This document shows positions 39,836 through 52,525 of a DNA stretch of 64,000 nucleotides, in pieces. Position numbers and translations under genes: made by a program. The DNA comes from Raja brachyura (lineage: Eukaryota). The stretch covers positions 13,516,001-13,580,000 of the forward strand of contig OY740801.1 of the NCBI GenBank assembly GCA_963514005.1, written 5' to 3'. The notes beneath the pieces are model-generated. The model was not told the origin of the DNA. It ran no database searches and saw only the letters and a list, made by a program, of their open reading frames with translations. Every line of letters begins with the position of its first letter. The first letter of the stretch is position 1.

Positions 39836-39925
39836 CAGTCTGAAGAAAGGTTCCGATCCGAAACGTCACCTATTCCCTTTGTCCAAAGATGCTACCTGAC
39901 CCACTGAGTTACTCCAGCATTTTGT
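39836..39925 (+). mobile_element. Penelope-derived short element with hammerhead core
   Basis: cagtctgaagaaaggttccgatccgaaacgtcacc plus family tail. Confidence 0.7.
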
Positions 39926-41144
39926 TGAACAAAAAATCTTCTTGAACTAATAATAAGTCGTTTGCTTAATTTTAATTTTCAAACTTAAATCAGTTAAAGT
40001 CAAGAAGCGGTTTATAATAAATCGACGGACACCTGATTATTGGGCTGTAATGGCAGTGACTATTTTGATCCCAGACTCACAATCCAAAACACTCTGAAGG
40101 GTATTTATTTAAGAAGGAATGTCTCAAACTTCCCATGTGTCTTCATTGGTCATAGTCCAATATTCAGTTTCTCACCGAGCCCGGTGATAAAGCACCATCT
40201 TCATGAAGTATTACAGAAGGTCCTGTGGGAAATCTGGATGCTGGTCACTATCAGTGACAACATTTGTTTTAATAAACAGTAACAACTCAGCTAGGCAAAT
40301 TTCATTCTTTGAAATAACTGTAATCAAATGTATTTATAATTGCACCAGTAGTTTCCAGTGTGTCAATTATTAATTTTAAAAATTGTTTTCATAATATGAT
40401 TAATGTTAATAGTTTTGTCATTCAGTTGTTCAAAGGATTCGGAAAGCTATTTCAGCCTAAGAGAATGACTAAACCAGCTGTCAATGCCTCAATGATTATG
40501 AACTGGCATGAGGAATGTTTCTGTCTATCATTAAAGCCATTGACAGGCAGCAATAACCACATTACACCTCATCCATCCAGAAAATGCTTAACTTTTGGAA
40601 ATGGTTAACATGGGTAGTTGGGCAGGCAGATGTGTTCAGGATCACAGGGCTATGGGAATAGGTTTCAAATTTCCCAGTGCAGAGATCTGCCCCCTGACTG
40701 CAAACACTTTTGAGAAGTCTCATTAAGATCGACAAAAGTTCCAGTGCATATAAGCCACATCACTGAACTAAATGAGCATCGGCAGAACCAACCAAGGTGG
40801 AATTGTCAAAGCTAGAGGACATAGCCTTAAGGTGAAAGTTAAAAGGAGAAGTGTGGGGCAAGCTTTGTTTTACAAGAAAGTGGTGGGATATTCCACGTCC
40901 AAAATTGATGTGTTCCAGTTCTTGCACTAACACGTCAGCCAACTAGATTAAGTCATGAAAATCTTTGTAACATTTACATATTCTGCACTTTTGCTGCAAC
41001 TTTTTTTCCAAGATCAGTTGCATTATCTGTTTTATTAATATATTTTAGAGTTTTAAATTCAAACCATGTCATCTAAAATATATTGCAGCAAGCAAACCTG
41101 ACTTATGCTTGTAGATTAAATTTTGTATATAAATAAAAACTTAC

Positions 41145-41218
41145 CATTTCTGAAAAGGTGCTTTGAATTCTAACTCAAGTAAGTGACCCGAAACAGAAGT
41201 CATCACAATAGAAATATT
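41145..41218 (-). CDS. TOP3A: TOP3A exon 3
   Basis: NISIVMTSVSGHLLELEFKAPFQK(W). Confidence 0.94.
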
Positions 41219-42055
41219 CTGCACATTTGGAGATAAGAGGGAAAGACAGAAAGAGCAAATTCACTCATTACTTATAGTAACATAAACTTTAGAATACTTT
41301 TATAATCATTATGATTCTTACTCCTACACATTATTTTCAATCATTGTACTTTCAATGTACATTCAATTAAAATGTACTTTCAATCATTCCTTGATAAAAA
41401 ACCTTTTGATTCAACAACACGTTAATATTAAACAATCTTACTGCAGGATCTGGTTCCCAACAGGCGGTGTCTGCCAGTGTGCTACGTATTCAAGATAACG
41501 TTATGTACCAACACAAGAGTAGGATGTTTAACTTTCTGGTTGATCATTCTTTCCAAAATAAAGGAAGTTATGGATACCTTCCTACAAAGCCAGTTTGAAC
41601 TTTTGTTTTAAAATCTTTCCATATGGAACTCAAACTGTGGTGCTTTAAAACCTTCATCCCATGTTCTACCTTCATTAATTCTGCTCTAATTTTCAGAAGC
41701 CTAGGGAGGTCAGTCCAAATACTTAAAAAAATAAAAACCATCCTTTCTTTCAATTGGATATCTTAGAAACAGAAGCATTAGATTATGAGTGTTATATTAT
41801 CTAAAGTTACACCTGCCTCACTAGGTAATTTTAAACTAAACTCAGAACAAAGCAGTAGTGCATTGGCCTTTTCACATACTCAATACATGCAGCCATTCTG
41901 TAACACCAAACCAGTTCTGCCATCAAGTAAAGTTTATTCATGGGGGGGGGGGGGGGGGGTTGTAGAATGATTAAAAAAAAAGAGCAATTCACTTCTCACT
42001 TCTACCAGTCACCCTTGCACCCTTTTTATTAAAAAGTAGGAAAATCAAGACATAC

Positions 42056-42115
42056 CTGACCAAGCATATTACACTCATACTCATAGATCTTGTTGAATTT
42101 TGAAAACCCTTCTCT
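42056..42115 (-). CDS. TOP3A: TOP3A exon 2
   Basis: REGFSKFNKIYEYECNMLGQ. Confidence 0.94.
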
Positions 42116-42156
42116 CTAGATGAGGAAAAAACAGGAACATTATTGATGTCAATATT

Positions 42157-43300
42157 CATAGAAACATAGAACATAGAAAATAGGTGCAGGAGTAGGCCAT
42201 TCGGCCCTTCGAGCCTGCACCGCCATTCAATGTGATCATGGCTGATCATCCAACTCAGTATCCCGTACCTGCCTTCTCTCCATACCCCCTGATCCCTTTA
42301 GCCACAAGTGCCACATCTAACGCCCTCTTAAATATAGCCAATGAACTGGCCTCAACTACCTTCTGTGGCAGAGAATTCCAGAGACTCACCACTCTCTGTG
42401 TAAAGAATGTTTTCCTCATTTCGGTCCTAAAGGAATTCCCCCTTATCCTTAGACTGTGACCCCTTGTTCTGGACTCCCCCAACATCGGGAACAATCTCCC
42501 AGCATCTAGCTTGTCCAACCCCTTAAGAATTTTGTAGGTTTCTATAAGATCCCCCCTCAATCTTCTAAATTCCATCGAGTACAAACCGAGTCTATCCAAT
42601 CTTTCCTCATATGAAAGTCCTGACATCCCAGGAATCAGTCTGGTGAATCTTCTCTGTACCCCCTCTATGGCAAGGATGTCTTTCCTCAGATTTGGAGACC
42701 AAAACTGTACGCAGTACTCCAGGTGTGGCCTCACCAAAACCCTGTACAACTGCAGTAGAACCTCCCTGCTCCTATACTCAAATCCTTTCGCTATGAATGC
42801 TAACATACCATTTGCTTTCTTCACTGCCTGCTGCACCTGCATGCCTACTTTCAATGACTGGTGTACCATGACACCAAGGTCTCGTTGTATCTCCCCTTTT
42901 CCTAATCTGCCACCATTCAGATAATAGTCTACCCTCATGTTTTTGCCACCAAAGTGGATAACCTCACATTTATCCACATTGTACTGCATCTGCCATGCAT
43001 CTGCCCATTCACTCAGCCTATCCAAATCACCCTGCAGCCTCCAAGCATCCTCCTCACACCTAACTATACCCCCCAGCTTGGTGTCATCTGCAAATTTGGA
43101 GATGTTGCATTGAATTCCCTTGTCCAAATCATTAATATATATTGTAAATAGCTGGGGTCCCAGCACCGAGCCTTGCGGCACCCCACTAGTCACTGCCTGC
43201 CATTCTGAAAAGGACCCGTTTACTCCTACCCTTTGCCTCCTGTCTGCTAGCCAGTTCTCTATCCACATCAATACTGAACCCGCAATACCGTGTGCTTTAA
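42157..43300 (-). mobile_element. Young 5'-truncated CR1-type LINE (ORF2 RT C-terminus and 3' UTR) in TOP3A intron 1
   Basis: Open ~350-codon frame with VPQGSVLGP, KFADDT, RPHLEYCVQFW, RRLRGDLIE; ends in (TTTCTATG)n-like tail. Confidence 0.93.
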
Positions 43301-44214
43301 GAAAACACAGCAGAGTGCAAAACACAGCAGAGTGCAAATCGAAAATAAAACAAGAGCATGTTCAGGCAGCACCCGCAAAGAATGTTTAAAGAGCCAACAA
43401 TTCAGGTTAATGAAGAGTAGGGAGAGGACAACCAGATTTGGTGTGAAATATCCACAGTGGTAGTGTTAGAGTCTTAGATAAAATCAAAGAGTGAAACAGC
43501 AGATGGGAAGTGGCAAGGATTCCTGGTGAGTGAGGAGTCCAGGAAAGTGACGGCGACCTACTGTACGATACGGAGACATAGGAGGGGATGATGAATCTTA
43601 AGTAGGGTGGTGGGGAGGCTGTGAGATTTTAGTCATGCTGTGCCTGGGTAGTTGGGATTGAAGTAGTCAGGGTAGAAATAGATTAGGAAAGGATCGAGGT
43701 TGAGGGGGGGAGATTGATCAGGGGTGAAGGTTATCAGCTGGAGGTGGGGGTTCATAAGGGAAGGGTGGGGTGGGTCAGGGCAGGAGTGGGGATTAATCAG
43801 GGCAGGGGTCGATCAGGGCAGAGTTAATCAGGGGTGGGAAGGTCGTTCAGGGCAGGGGTCAGGGGTCAAGGTCAAACAAGCCAGGGGTGGAGTTGATCGA
43901 GGTAAAGGTGAGGTTGATCAGGGAGGAGGTTGGCCGAGGGAATGGTGGGCATCGATCATGGAGGGGTGGGGTTGATTGCACTAGGAGAGATGGGGTTTGA
44001 ACAGAGAGAGATGGGGGTTGATTGGACAGGAAGGGATGAGGTCCATCAGGGAGGGGATATATCGCAGTGAGGGGTAGGGGTTAATTGGACAAGGGGATTG
44101 GGGGGAGTGAGATGCAACAGGGAGGGGTGGGTTGGGTTAAGCTGACTGACTGTCCGGGATAGGATGTAGAGAGAATTGCTGTATGTCCCAAATGGGAAGC
44201 GACCAGGCTCCTAC

Positions 44215-44352
44215 CCTCCGGGAACGTCCAGCCGACATGATCTCCGCGATGGCTTTGGCCGCGTCATTTTTCTCAGCCACGCACAGCACCTGGCGGGCCT
44301 GCAACCGGCGACCCCTAACGCTGCTCATCGTGCGGCTGAGCACCGATATCAT
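44215..44352 (-). CDS. TOP3A: TOP3A exon 1
   Basis: MISVLSRTMSSVRGRRLQARQVLCVAEKNDAAKAIAEIMSAGRSRR; second in-frame ATG at 44328. Confidence 0.92.
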
Positions 44353-44500
44353 GCCGTGCTGGAGTTAGAGCCGGGCCCTGGGCTAATGGCGTCCTTCACG
44401 CCCGCCATCAGCGTTGGCGCCAACCGCGCGCGCCCCCTGCCTGCCCCAACCGTCGCCGCGCGCGGAGAGCAGCGTCGCCGCCAACAACGCAACCTCAAGG
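44353..44500 (-). promoter_or_regulatory. TOP3A CpG island, 5' UTR and promoter
   Basis: Dense CpG (cgcgcgc, cgccgcgcgcgg) immediately upstream of exon 1. Confidence 0.65.
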
Positions 44501-44639
44501 CGAAGGACTCAAAGCACTGAGGTAACTCAGCGGCTCAGGCAGGCAGCATCTCTGGAGAACATGTACAGACGACGTTTCAGATTGGGGACCCTTCCTCAGA
44601 ATGATTGGTGTAGAGGGGGAGTATGTATGTACGTATGTA

Positions 44640-44985
44640 TGAAATGCTGGTTTAAACCAAAGGTAGACACAAAAACCTGGAGTTAACTTAGCGGAGCAGG
44701 CAGCATCCATCCCTGGAGAGACATTTCGGGTCGAGACCCTTCTTCAGACTGGTTAGGGATGAAGGGAAACGAGAGATATCGACGACGATGTAGAGAGATT
44801 TTAAAAAAACAATGAATGAAAGATATGCAAAAAAGTAACGAAGATAAAGGAAACAGGCCATTGTTAGCTGTTTGTTCGGTGAAAACGAGAAGCTGGTGCG
44901 ACTGGGGTGGGGGGCGGATAGAGAGAGAGGGAATGCCGGGTCTACCTGAAGTTAGATAAATCAATTTTCATACCACTGGGCTTTT
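44640..44985 (-). mobile_element. Penelope 3' end fragment with an intact hammerhead core (44720-44747)
   Basis: Minus strand reads ctgaagaagggtctcgacccgaaatgtc followed by the family tail gatgctgcctg...gctaagttaactccag. Confidence 0.7.
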
Positions 44986-45529
44986 AGCTGTGTATATACA
45001 TATATACACACATTGAACTTATTTATTCGCTTATTATATTGTTTACAGTGTACTCTGTTGACATATTCTGTTGTGCTGCTGCAAGTAAGAATTTCATTGT
45101 TCTCCATATGACAATAAAACACTCCTGAATCTTGAGAAATCTGGAAGGGAGGTGGGGCAGGACAAAGCCAGCCAAGTGACAGGCGGATACAGAAACAAAA
45201 AGAACTGCAGGTGCTGGTTTACAAAGAAAGACACAAAATGCTACAGTAACCTCAAACAAAGGAAAGCAAATATCACCTGAGGGGACCACATGAGTGGGGG
45301 ACAATCACATTGCAGACTAATCGCAAGAATCGCATTCCGGGGAAGGTTCTCATCCGAAATGCTGCCTATTCATGTCCTTCAAAGAAACTGTCTGACCCAG
45401 AGTTATGCCAGCTCTTTCTGTTAACCACACCTTGACTGACTGGTTCATCAAAACATTTTGGAGAATGAGTCTTTATACCGAACGTCTTCAAACCCCTTGT
45501 AGAATGCTGCCTTCCCATTGCTAGAAGTC

Positions 45530-46050
45530 CATGATGACATACTACTTGAAAACATGGACCACTTTCCTCATCTCGAGAGCCATTTTTAAGCAATTTGATA
45601 TTTGGCATAATCTTCAGTGTGCTTGCACCGTCTTTGACTATCTGTGGAAAAGAATGCTTGATGATCAAGATCTCTGTCCTGGTACAACGTTTATCATCTC
45701 GGGCAGCAAAAATCAACATTGTATGCTTCCGTGACATGAGTTACTTACAGTTGAAGACTCAAAGTTTTGATGAGATATCACAACCACTGACTGCACATCA
45801 TCATCCCAAACCACTGTTGGATAATTGAACCAATATCACTGTCCCATCTCAGGCCAACATCATCAGGTTTAATGTTCTAATTACTCTAAAAACAACCAAT
45901 TACTAAGAGGAGAGGAGAAATGATTCACGGATTCTACAAGCCTACCTTGGAAAATATAACATCCCCAATGACTCAAGGAAATTCTAGTCCATAACCATTC
46001 TAAGTGGAGAAGGAGAATTAGGAATGGCATAGATAACCTCTGAAAATACT
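45530..46050 (+). mobile_element. Decayed RTE-like LINE fragment
   Basis: DHFPHL.SH and LQCA..VFD.L.KRM..DQDL-like remnants. Confidence 0.4.
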
Positions 46051-46826
46051 CACTACCTGCCCCATCAGTACTTTCTGCTCCACCAATGATATAGATTGCA
46101 GGTCTTTCATTTGCCTCAGCAGTCACTTCTACTGAAGTCATCCTCAACTTCATGGAATAGCCGAGCAAGAAACAGAAGACCTGTTACCAGCTAACCCAAC
46201 CAAGTCTGGTTGCCCAGTAGTTACCGGTAGGTCTAAAGGAAAGGTGTATCTGACAAATATCATGAATTACAGTAATAATAGGCATTTTAAATCTCAAGCT
46301 TTTATCCTATATAACCTAGAGGATTTTTTTTAAACGCATTGCAAAAATGTCACCGAAATTACATTTAAGTAACAGAAAATCTGTCCCAAAGAAATGAAAA
46401 TGGGAAACAAAGCCAAACATATTAGAGACACAGTGAACTGAGGATGCTAAATTTGTTTTTCTCCCCATTAATATCTCAACCTTTACAAATGTTACAACAA
46501 ATCATTGGCTTTTGAACATGGGGGATCTTTTTGCTGATGTTACCCCTTTGCAAGATTTACCTTGTTACGCCAGAAGGATCAATTTCGCATTGCAATACAT
46601 ACTTATTTTCATTTTGGATCGCTATGACAGTTTAAGAGATATGATAATTGAAGCTAATGCTCTAGCACTGCTTACAAATGTTTACAACTATGGGTTTATT
46701 ACTATCAATGTCTTTCAAGTACTGGATGTTGAATTGAGTAGCTTTCTGCAGTGTTAGCCGGAACTAGTGGTGCTGGGGAAGGCTGAGCCGGTGCACCAGT
46801 GGACCGGTTATTTTGTTGTAAGGAGG

Positions 46827-46921
46827 ATGACGACGGCGCGGTGTGGGATTTTAGTGCGGAATTTACAGGCTTTTTCATCCTCAAACCGACACCTATTTGG
46901 AACGAGTTTCGCCGGGTGCAG
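46827..46921 (+). CDS. UQCC4: UQCC4-like exon 1
   Basis: MTTARCGILVRNLQAFSSSNRHLFGTSFAGC(R); donor AG|gtgcgt; phase 2 matches exon 2; local CpG enrichment and ccggaa at 46758. Confidence 0.75.
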
Positions 46922-48397
46922 GTGCGTTAAACATAGCACAATTGAAAACTTTCCCGACTTTGAATTGTGAGAGAGATTGGGAGGGATCGCCGCTTTGTTC
47001 TGGCGCTAAATGACAGCACATGACCTTCAACATCGTCGGGATTAGGAATTCATTCTTAATTGGCGACGAAAGGACATTTAATTTAGCAATTTAATACTGG
47101 CGGAAATCTTCCAACCATCTTTGATACTGATGGCTTGCCTCGTGTGTGAGACTCCGAGAGTTTCCTTAGTACTGTGTGTAACTAATACCGGGAACAAGGA
47201 GTGAACCCGCATCCTTTTGACTCAGGGGCGTATGCTTACACAGCGTTAGCAGAGGCTTTCATGACAGAAATAATAAGAAAGATGCAATATTGACTGGAAA
47301 TCTGAAAAAAATGGTAATACTCAGTAAATTATTGAGCTGAAACAACCCCTTTCACTTTTCACAGATGATGCCTGACCTGCTGAGCATTTAGAATATTTTT
47401 CTGTATTTAGTTTATTTGTAACTAACGAAGTATGGATCACATAAAAGCACATTTTCGGTTAAGAATGCACGGGTGTTTTATGAATATAGATAATACTCGA
47501 GAATAATCTTCTAAATTCGTAACATTGGGAACCCCCCGTCCCCTCTTTTCCATCAGAAATCCATGCTATCATCAGTTAATGTGAACAAGATAAAATTATA
47601 GAAATGTTATGACATAAGGATGCTGTGAGAAATAATTACCCAAACTAATTCCACATGCCAGCACTTGGTTTGTAAGTGTTGCAGAACACAGCGCTCCAAG
47701 TACGCACCATGGTTCTTTTTTAAAGTGATGAGTGTTTCTACATCTTCACCCTCATAAGCTGCAAGGTGACGACCTCTACCATACTTGGGGAAACAATTTC
47801 CTTACCTCCTTTCTTATTCTATCCACAATGTAAAATCTATGCTGCTTGGTCATCGATTTCTTCATCTAATTTACTCTCTTAAAATGGGATATAATAAGAG
47901 AAAATGTATTATTATCCAATTTAGTAAATTGAACAGAGGATGCTTAAGGATTAACAGAGGATTACTTAAATGGTGGCATTCTTGAATGTTGGTTTAAAAA
48001 GTCTATAAATGCACAGAGCTTTCGTGAGACCACAGCTAGAGTGCCAGGTACAATTTAAAGAATGACAAACTTGCCTTGAAAGTAGTGCAGTGGAGGTTCG
48101 TTAGATTAACGTCTAGGATGATTCTCTTGTTCCTTGAGAGATTGATCAAAACAGGCCTTTCATACCAAAGAAGGTTGTCTAACATGACAAGAGAATATTG
48201 ATCAACTGAGAAAGTGGCCAAAGGCAAATGAAATTTAACTTGGCAAGTGGTAAGTGATGCACTTTAGGAAGTTAAACCGGAGGAGGACATACACGGTGAA
48301 TGGCAGAACGCTGATTGTTGTTTAGCAGAGAGAGCTCATTAATATAGAGTTCCTTGAAAGTGGCAACACAGGTAAACTGAGTGATGAAGAAGGCTTA

Positions 48398-49998
48398 AGA
48401 AGGAACTGCAGATGCTGGAAAATCGAAGGTACACAAAATACTGGAGAAACTCAGCGGGTGCAGCAGCATCTATGGAGCGAAGGAGATAGGCAATGTTTTG
48501 GGCCGAAACCCTTCTTCAGACTGGTGGGGGGGAAGAAAGGAAAAAGGAGGAGGAGGAGCCCGAGGGCTGAGGGAGAGGTAGGAAGGGGAGGAGACAACAA
48601 GGGTTAACAGAATTGAGAGAATTTGATGTTCATGCCAAGAGGATGCAGACTCCCCAAGCGGAATATGAGGTGCTGTTCCTCCAATTTGCGGTGTTGCTCA
48701 CTCTGGCCGTGGAGGAGGCCCAGGACAGAGGTCGGATAGCAATGGGAGGGGGAGTTGAAGTGCTGGGCCACCGGGAGGTCGGGTTGGTTAATGGGGACCT
48801 AGCGGAGGTGTTCGGCGAAACGATAGCCAAGCTTCCGCTTGGTCTCACCGATATAGATCAGCTGACATCAAGAGCAGCGGATGCAATAGATGAGTTTGGA
48901 GGAGGTGCAGGTGAACCTCTGTCGAACCTGGAACGACTGCTTGGGTCCTTGAATGGAGTGGAGGGGGGATGTAAAGCGACAAGTGTAGCATCTCTTGCGG
49001 TTGCAAGGGAAAGTGCCCGGGGAAGGAGTGGAGCGGGATGGAAGGGAAGAATTGACAAGGGAGTTACAGAGGGAGCGGTCTTTGCGGAAAGAAGACGGGT
49101 GGGGGGAGATGGGAAGATGTGGTGGGGTCACGTTGGAGGTGGCGAAACTGGCGGAGGACTATGTGTTGTATGTGCTGGCTGGTGGGGTGAAAGGTGAGGA
49201 CCAGGGGGACTCTGCCCTTGTTGCGAGTGGGGGGGATGGGGAGAGAGGGCAGTGTTACGGGGTATGGAGGAGACCCTGGTGCAAACCTCGTCTATGGTGG
49301 GGGAGGGGCATCCCCGTTCCCTGAAGAATGAGGACATTTGTGATGCCCTTGTGTGGAACACCTCATCCTGGGAGCAGATGCGGCGTAGACGGAGGAATAG
49401 GGGATGGAGTCCTTGCAGGAAGCAGGGTGGGAGGAAGAGTACTCCAGATAGCCGTGGGAGTTAGTAGGTTTATAGTGGATGTCGGTCAGGAGTCTATCAC
49501 CTGTGATGGAGATAGTGAGGTCAAGGAATGGAAGGGAAGTGTCGGAAGTGGTCCAGGTGTATTTGAGTGCCAGGTGGAAGTTGGTGGTGTAACGGATGAA
49601 GTCAGTCAGTTGTGTGTGGGTGCAGGAGGTGACACCAAAGCAGTCGTCGATGTAGCGGAGGTCGGGGATGGGGCCCTGGTACGCCTCGAACAAGGATTGT
49701 TTGACGTACCTGACAAAGAGGCATGCGTAGCTGGGGCCCATGCGCGTGCCCATGGCTATGCCCTGTATTTGGAGGAAATGGGAGGAGTCAAACGAGAAGT
49801 TATTGAGGGTAAGGACCAACTCCGCTAGGCGGAGGAGAGTGTCAGTGGATGGGTATATGTTGCTCCTCTGGTTGAGGAAGAACCGGAGGGCTTTGAGACC
49901 ATCCTGGTGGGGGATGGAGGTGCAGAGTGACTGGACGTCCATGGTGAAGATGAGGGGATGGGGGCCTTGGGAATGGAATGCGCCATTCCATGCACTAT
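48398..49998 (-). mobile_element. 5'-truncated, frameshifted Penelope-like element (RT + GIY-YIG) with 3' pLTR
   Basis: FTMDVQSL, QGIAMGTRMGPSYA, RYIDD, LPFLD, YKPT RT motifs; CxxxxCxxC linker, IYCIRC, YIGETKR; 9-bp TSD gaaggctta at 48389-48397 and 49999-50007; damaged hammerhead core near 48492-48519. Confidence 0.9.
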
Positions 49999-50126
49999 GA
50001 AGGCTTATGGACATAGGACAAAATATTGAGTACAAGAGATGAGACTTTGTCACAGTTGCACGAAAAGTTGATTAGGCTACAGTTGGATTATTGTGATCAG
50101 TTTTGGTCACTCTTTAGGAAAGATAT

Positions 50127-51008
50127 GGGGGGGGGGGGGGGGTTGCACGTAAGGTCACTGGGTCATAGGGCGTGACGCACGGAGCCGCTCAATCCATTTG
50201 GAGGACATCCGTAACTTCAGATGCAAGAAACGCGTACTTTGCTACCTGTTTTTTAAAAAAGCCAAAATGTTGAATATTTGCGCTGTAAGAAATTGTGGAA
50301 GTAGGGTAAGCGTGAGAGACATGTACCCAACTTCAGAATTCTAAAAGTGAAGCGAAATGAAGGGAAAGAGAAGCGAGAGCTGAAGGGACAACAACAGCTG
50401 AAGTACCTGGCAAACATTGGAACATTGCAGATATCGGAATTGAAAATATTGGGAATTATCGCGTTTGCTCACTGCATTTCATCAACAGTAAGGCATTATT
50501 TGTGTTTTTTGTTGATTCCTTTGGTATCTAAAAAGTCTTGGAAGTGATAAACCTGGCTGTAAATTTTGCTTCAGAGGTGTTTTCTTTTTGTATGTAAAAA
50601 CCCACTTGAGAACCACTGTGATAAATCTGGCTGTAAAATTTTACAGCCAGATTTATCACTTCTGAAACTTTTTAGATGCCAAAAGAATCAAGAAAAAACA
50701 TTAATAATGTATTGCTGTTGATGAAATGCAGTGAGCAAACGGCCAATGTTCGGCAAGCACTCTGGCTGTTGTTGTCCCTTCAGCTCTCGCTTCTATCTAC
50801 TGTCATTTCTCCTCACTTTTGGAATTCTGAAGTAGGCTTAATGTCTCTCACGCTTAACCCGATGTCCATAATTATTTACAGCGTAAAAATTGACAATTTA
50901 GGCGGGTTTTAACGAGCCTGCTATGTTGGAAACAATGGTAAGTGCTTACCTACAGTTCATCACGTGTACACCAGTTGGGTCCTGACCCGACTGCCGTGAA
51001 ACCTCCCT
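50127..51008. mobile_element. Foldback (palindromic) non-autonomous DNA element interrupting a CR1 remnant
   Basis: 50300-50540 is the imperfect reverse complement of 50660-50860; perfect 42-bp palindrome at 50618-50659; CR1 sequence resumes on both sides. Confidence 0.7.
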
Positions 51009-51479
51009 ATTAAGCTGAAGAGGATGCAGAAAATATTCACAAGGATGTTACCTAGATTAAAGAGTTTATAGGGAGAGATTGGATACATTGGGTCTATTTT
51101 CATGTTGCAAAGGAGGCTGAGAGGTGGCATGATAAAGCTATATAAAAATATGAATGGCATAGAAAGTGAAGGGTCTCGACCCGAAACGTCGCCTATTTCC
51201 TTCGCTCCTTAGATGCTGCTTCACCCGCTGAGTTTCTCCAGCCTTTTGTGTACCCTAGATACTGTCTGTTTCACATGGTAGAGTTATCTAAAACTATAGC
51301 CCACATATTTAAGGGTGGTTTCAAGCAAATCTTAACAGTGAACTTTTAAGAGTAGTTAGTATTTAAATTGAGTTCTTAGATGAGGAGATGGAAACAGATG
51401 AAGTAGCATATAAAGCCACCTGGATAATTATTTGAATTTAACGGGATGTGAGATTAAGCGGTACTCATTTAATTTACTA

Positions 51480-51755
51480 CACTCCCTATAAACTCAGCAC
51501 TGTGACGCCAAATTCTGCTCCATTTACAAGTTTACATATTACACCATTATAGTGGGCTGGATCTCGAACAATGATGCACTGGAGTACAGGAAGGAGATAA
51601 AAACCTTCATAATATGGTCAGGTCAACAACCCCACCCTTAATATTAGCAAAATGAAGGAGATAGTTATGGACTAAGGAAACAAATTCCCATTGAACATCA
51701 ATGGCGTTTAACTGGAAATATGTAATAGCTTCAAGTTCCAGTGTGTAAATATCAG
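51480..51755 (+). mobile_element. Rex1-like RT remnant
   Basis: Degenerate KF..TTIVG.I.NND..EYRKEI and LNISK.KEIV.D. Confidence 0.5.
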
Positions 51756-52234
51756 ATGTGAGGAGAATGTTAAAGGAGAAACCCAACCTCCTCCTACCCC
51801 TTTCTCTTCCCCCCCCCCCCCTTCACTGTGCCCCATCTGGATGTGTACCCATTTCTCCCTTTTCCTGTCACCTCCCACTTGTATGCCTCCTTATAGCTTC
51901 ACATTTCATATCTATATTTGTCTTTTCATTTCTGGCCTTTGTTCAATCTTCTGCCAAATTAAAAAAAAACCCTCACCTGTTCCACCTATCACTTGCCAGG
52001 ATTTGTCCCACCTCTCTTGTAGCTTTCTCTGCCCCACTAAAATCAGTCTTAAGGATCACAACTCAAAACGCATCTATTCATATTCTTCAGAGATGGTGTC
52101 TGACCTGCCAAGTTACTCCAGCACTTTTTTTGTGCAAATGAGCATCTGCAGTTTCTGAGTTTAGATGTAAGAGCATTACATCTGGTCTAGCAGATGGGTA
52201 CTGGGATATGGAACCATGTTTAGGGAGAGACAAG

Positions 52235-52525
52235 AAAAACAATATGCTTTTGTGGTTGCAGCACCTAGACTGGAACAGCATCCCACTTCTCATCAGAACT
52301 GCCCCCTCCATTGACTCCTTTAAGTCTAGACCTAAAACCTATTTCTACCCACAAGCGTTTCTTGAGGTCCTCTGAGGGAGCGCTGTATGTATGTATTTCT
52401 GTATGTATTGTTAGATCTGTGTATCATTGTATGTAGCACGTTAGTACCTGCACTGATGTAAAGCACTTTGGTCAACGAGAGTTGTTTTTAAATGTGCTAT
52501 TGAAATAAAATTGACTTCACTTGAC
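52235..52525 (+). mobile_element. L2-type LINE 3' end
   Basis: AF.VAAPRLWN..P..IR...S..SFKS.LKTY-like remnant; tgtaaagcactttggtcaac..gttg..aaatgtgctat..aaataaa(ttgac)n tail. Confidence 0.65.

Larger units (their letters stand above)
23278..44352 (-). other. TOP3A: TOP3A (DNA topoisomerase III alpha) gene span, complete CDS, 19 exons, 2889 nt, 962 aa
   Basis: All exons located with GT-AG and consistent phases; Toprim motifs VAEK and DCDREGE, catalytic ISYPRT, C4 zinc ribbon, two GRF zinc fingers, C-terminal CCHC knuckle ending CPQNR*. Confidence 0.98.

Noticed and set aside
42255-43337. 360-aa RT ORF as a host gene or retron-like system
   Set aside because: 5'-truncated CR1 ORF2; its first codons come from flanking intron and there is no endonuclease or ORF1.
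48613-49828. 194-aa and 166-aa plus-strand ORFs
   Set aside because: Antisense to the Penelope ORF; no recognisable motifs.
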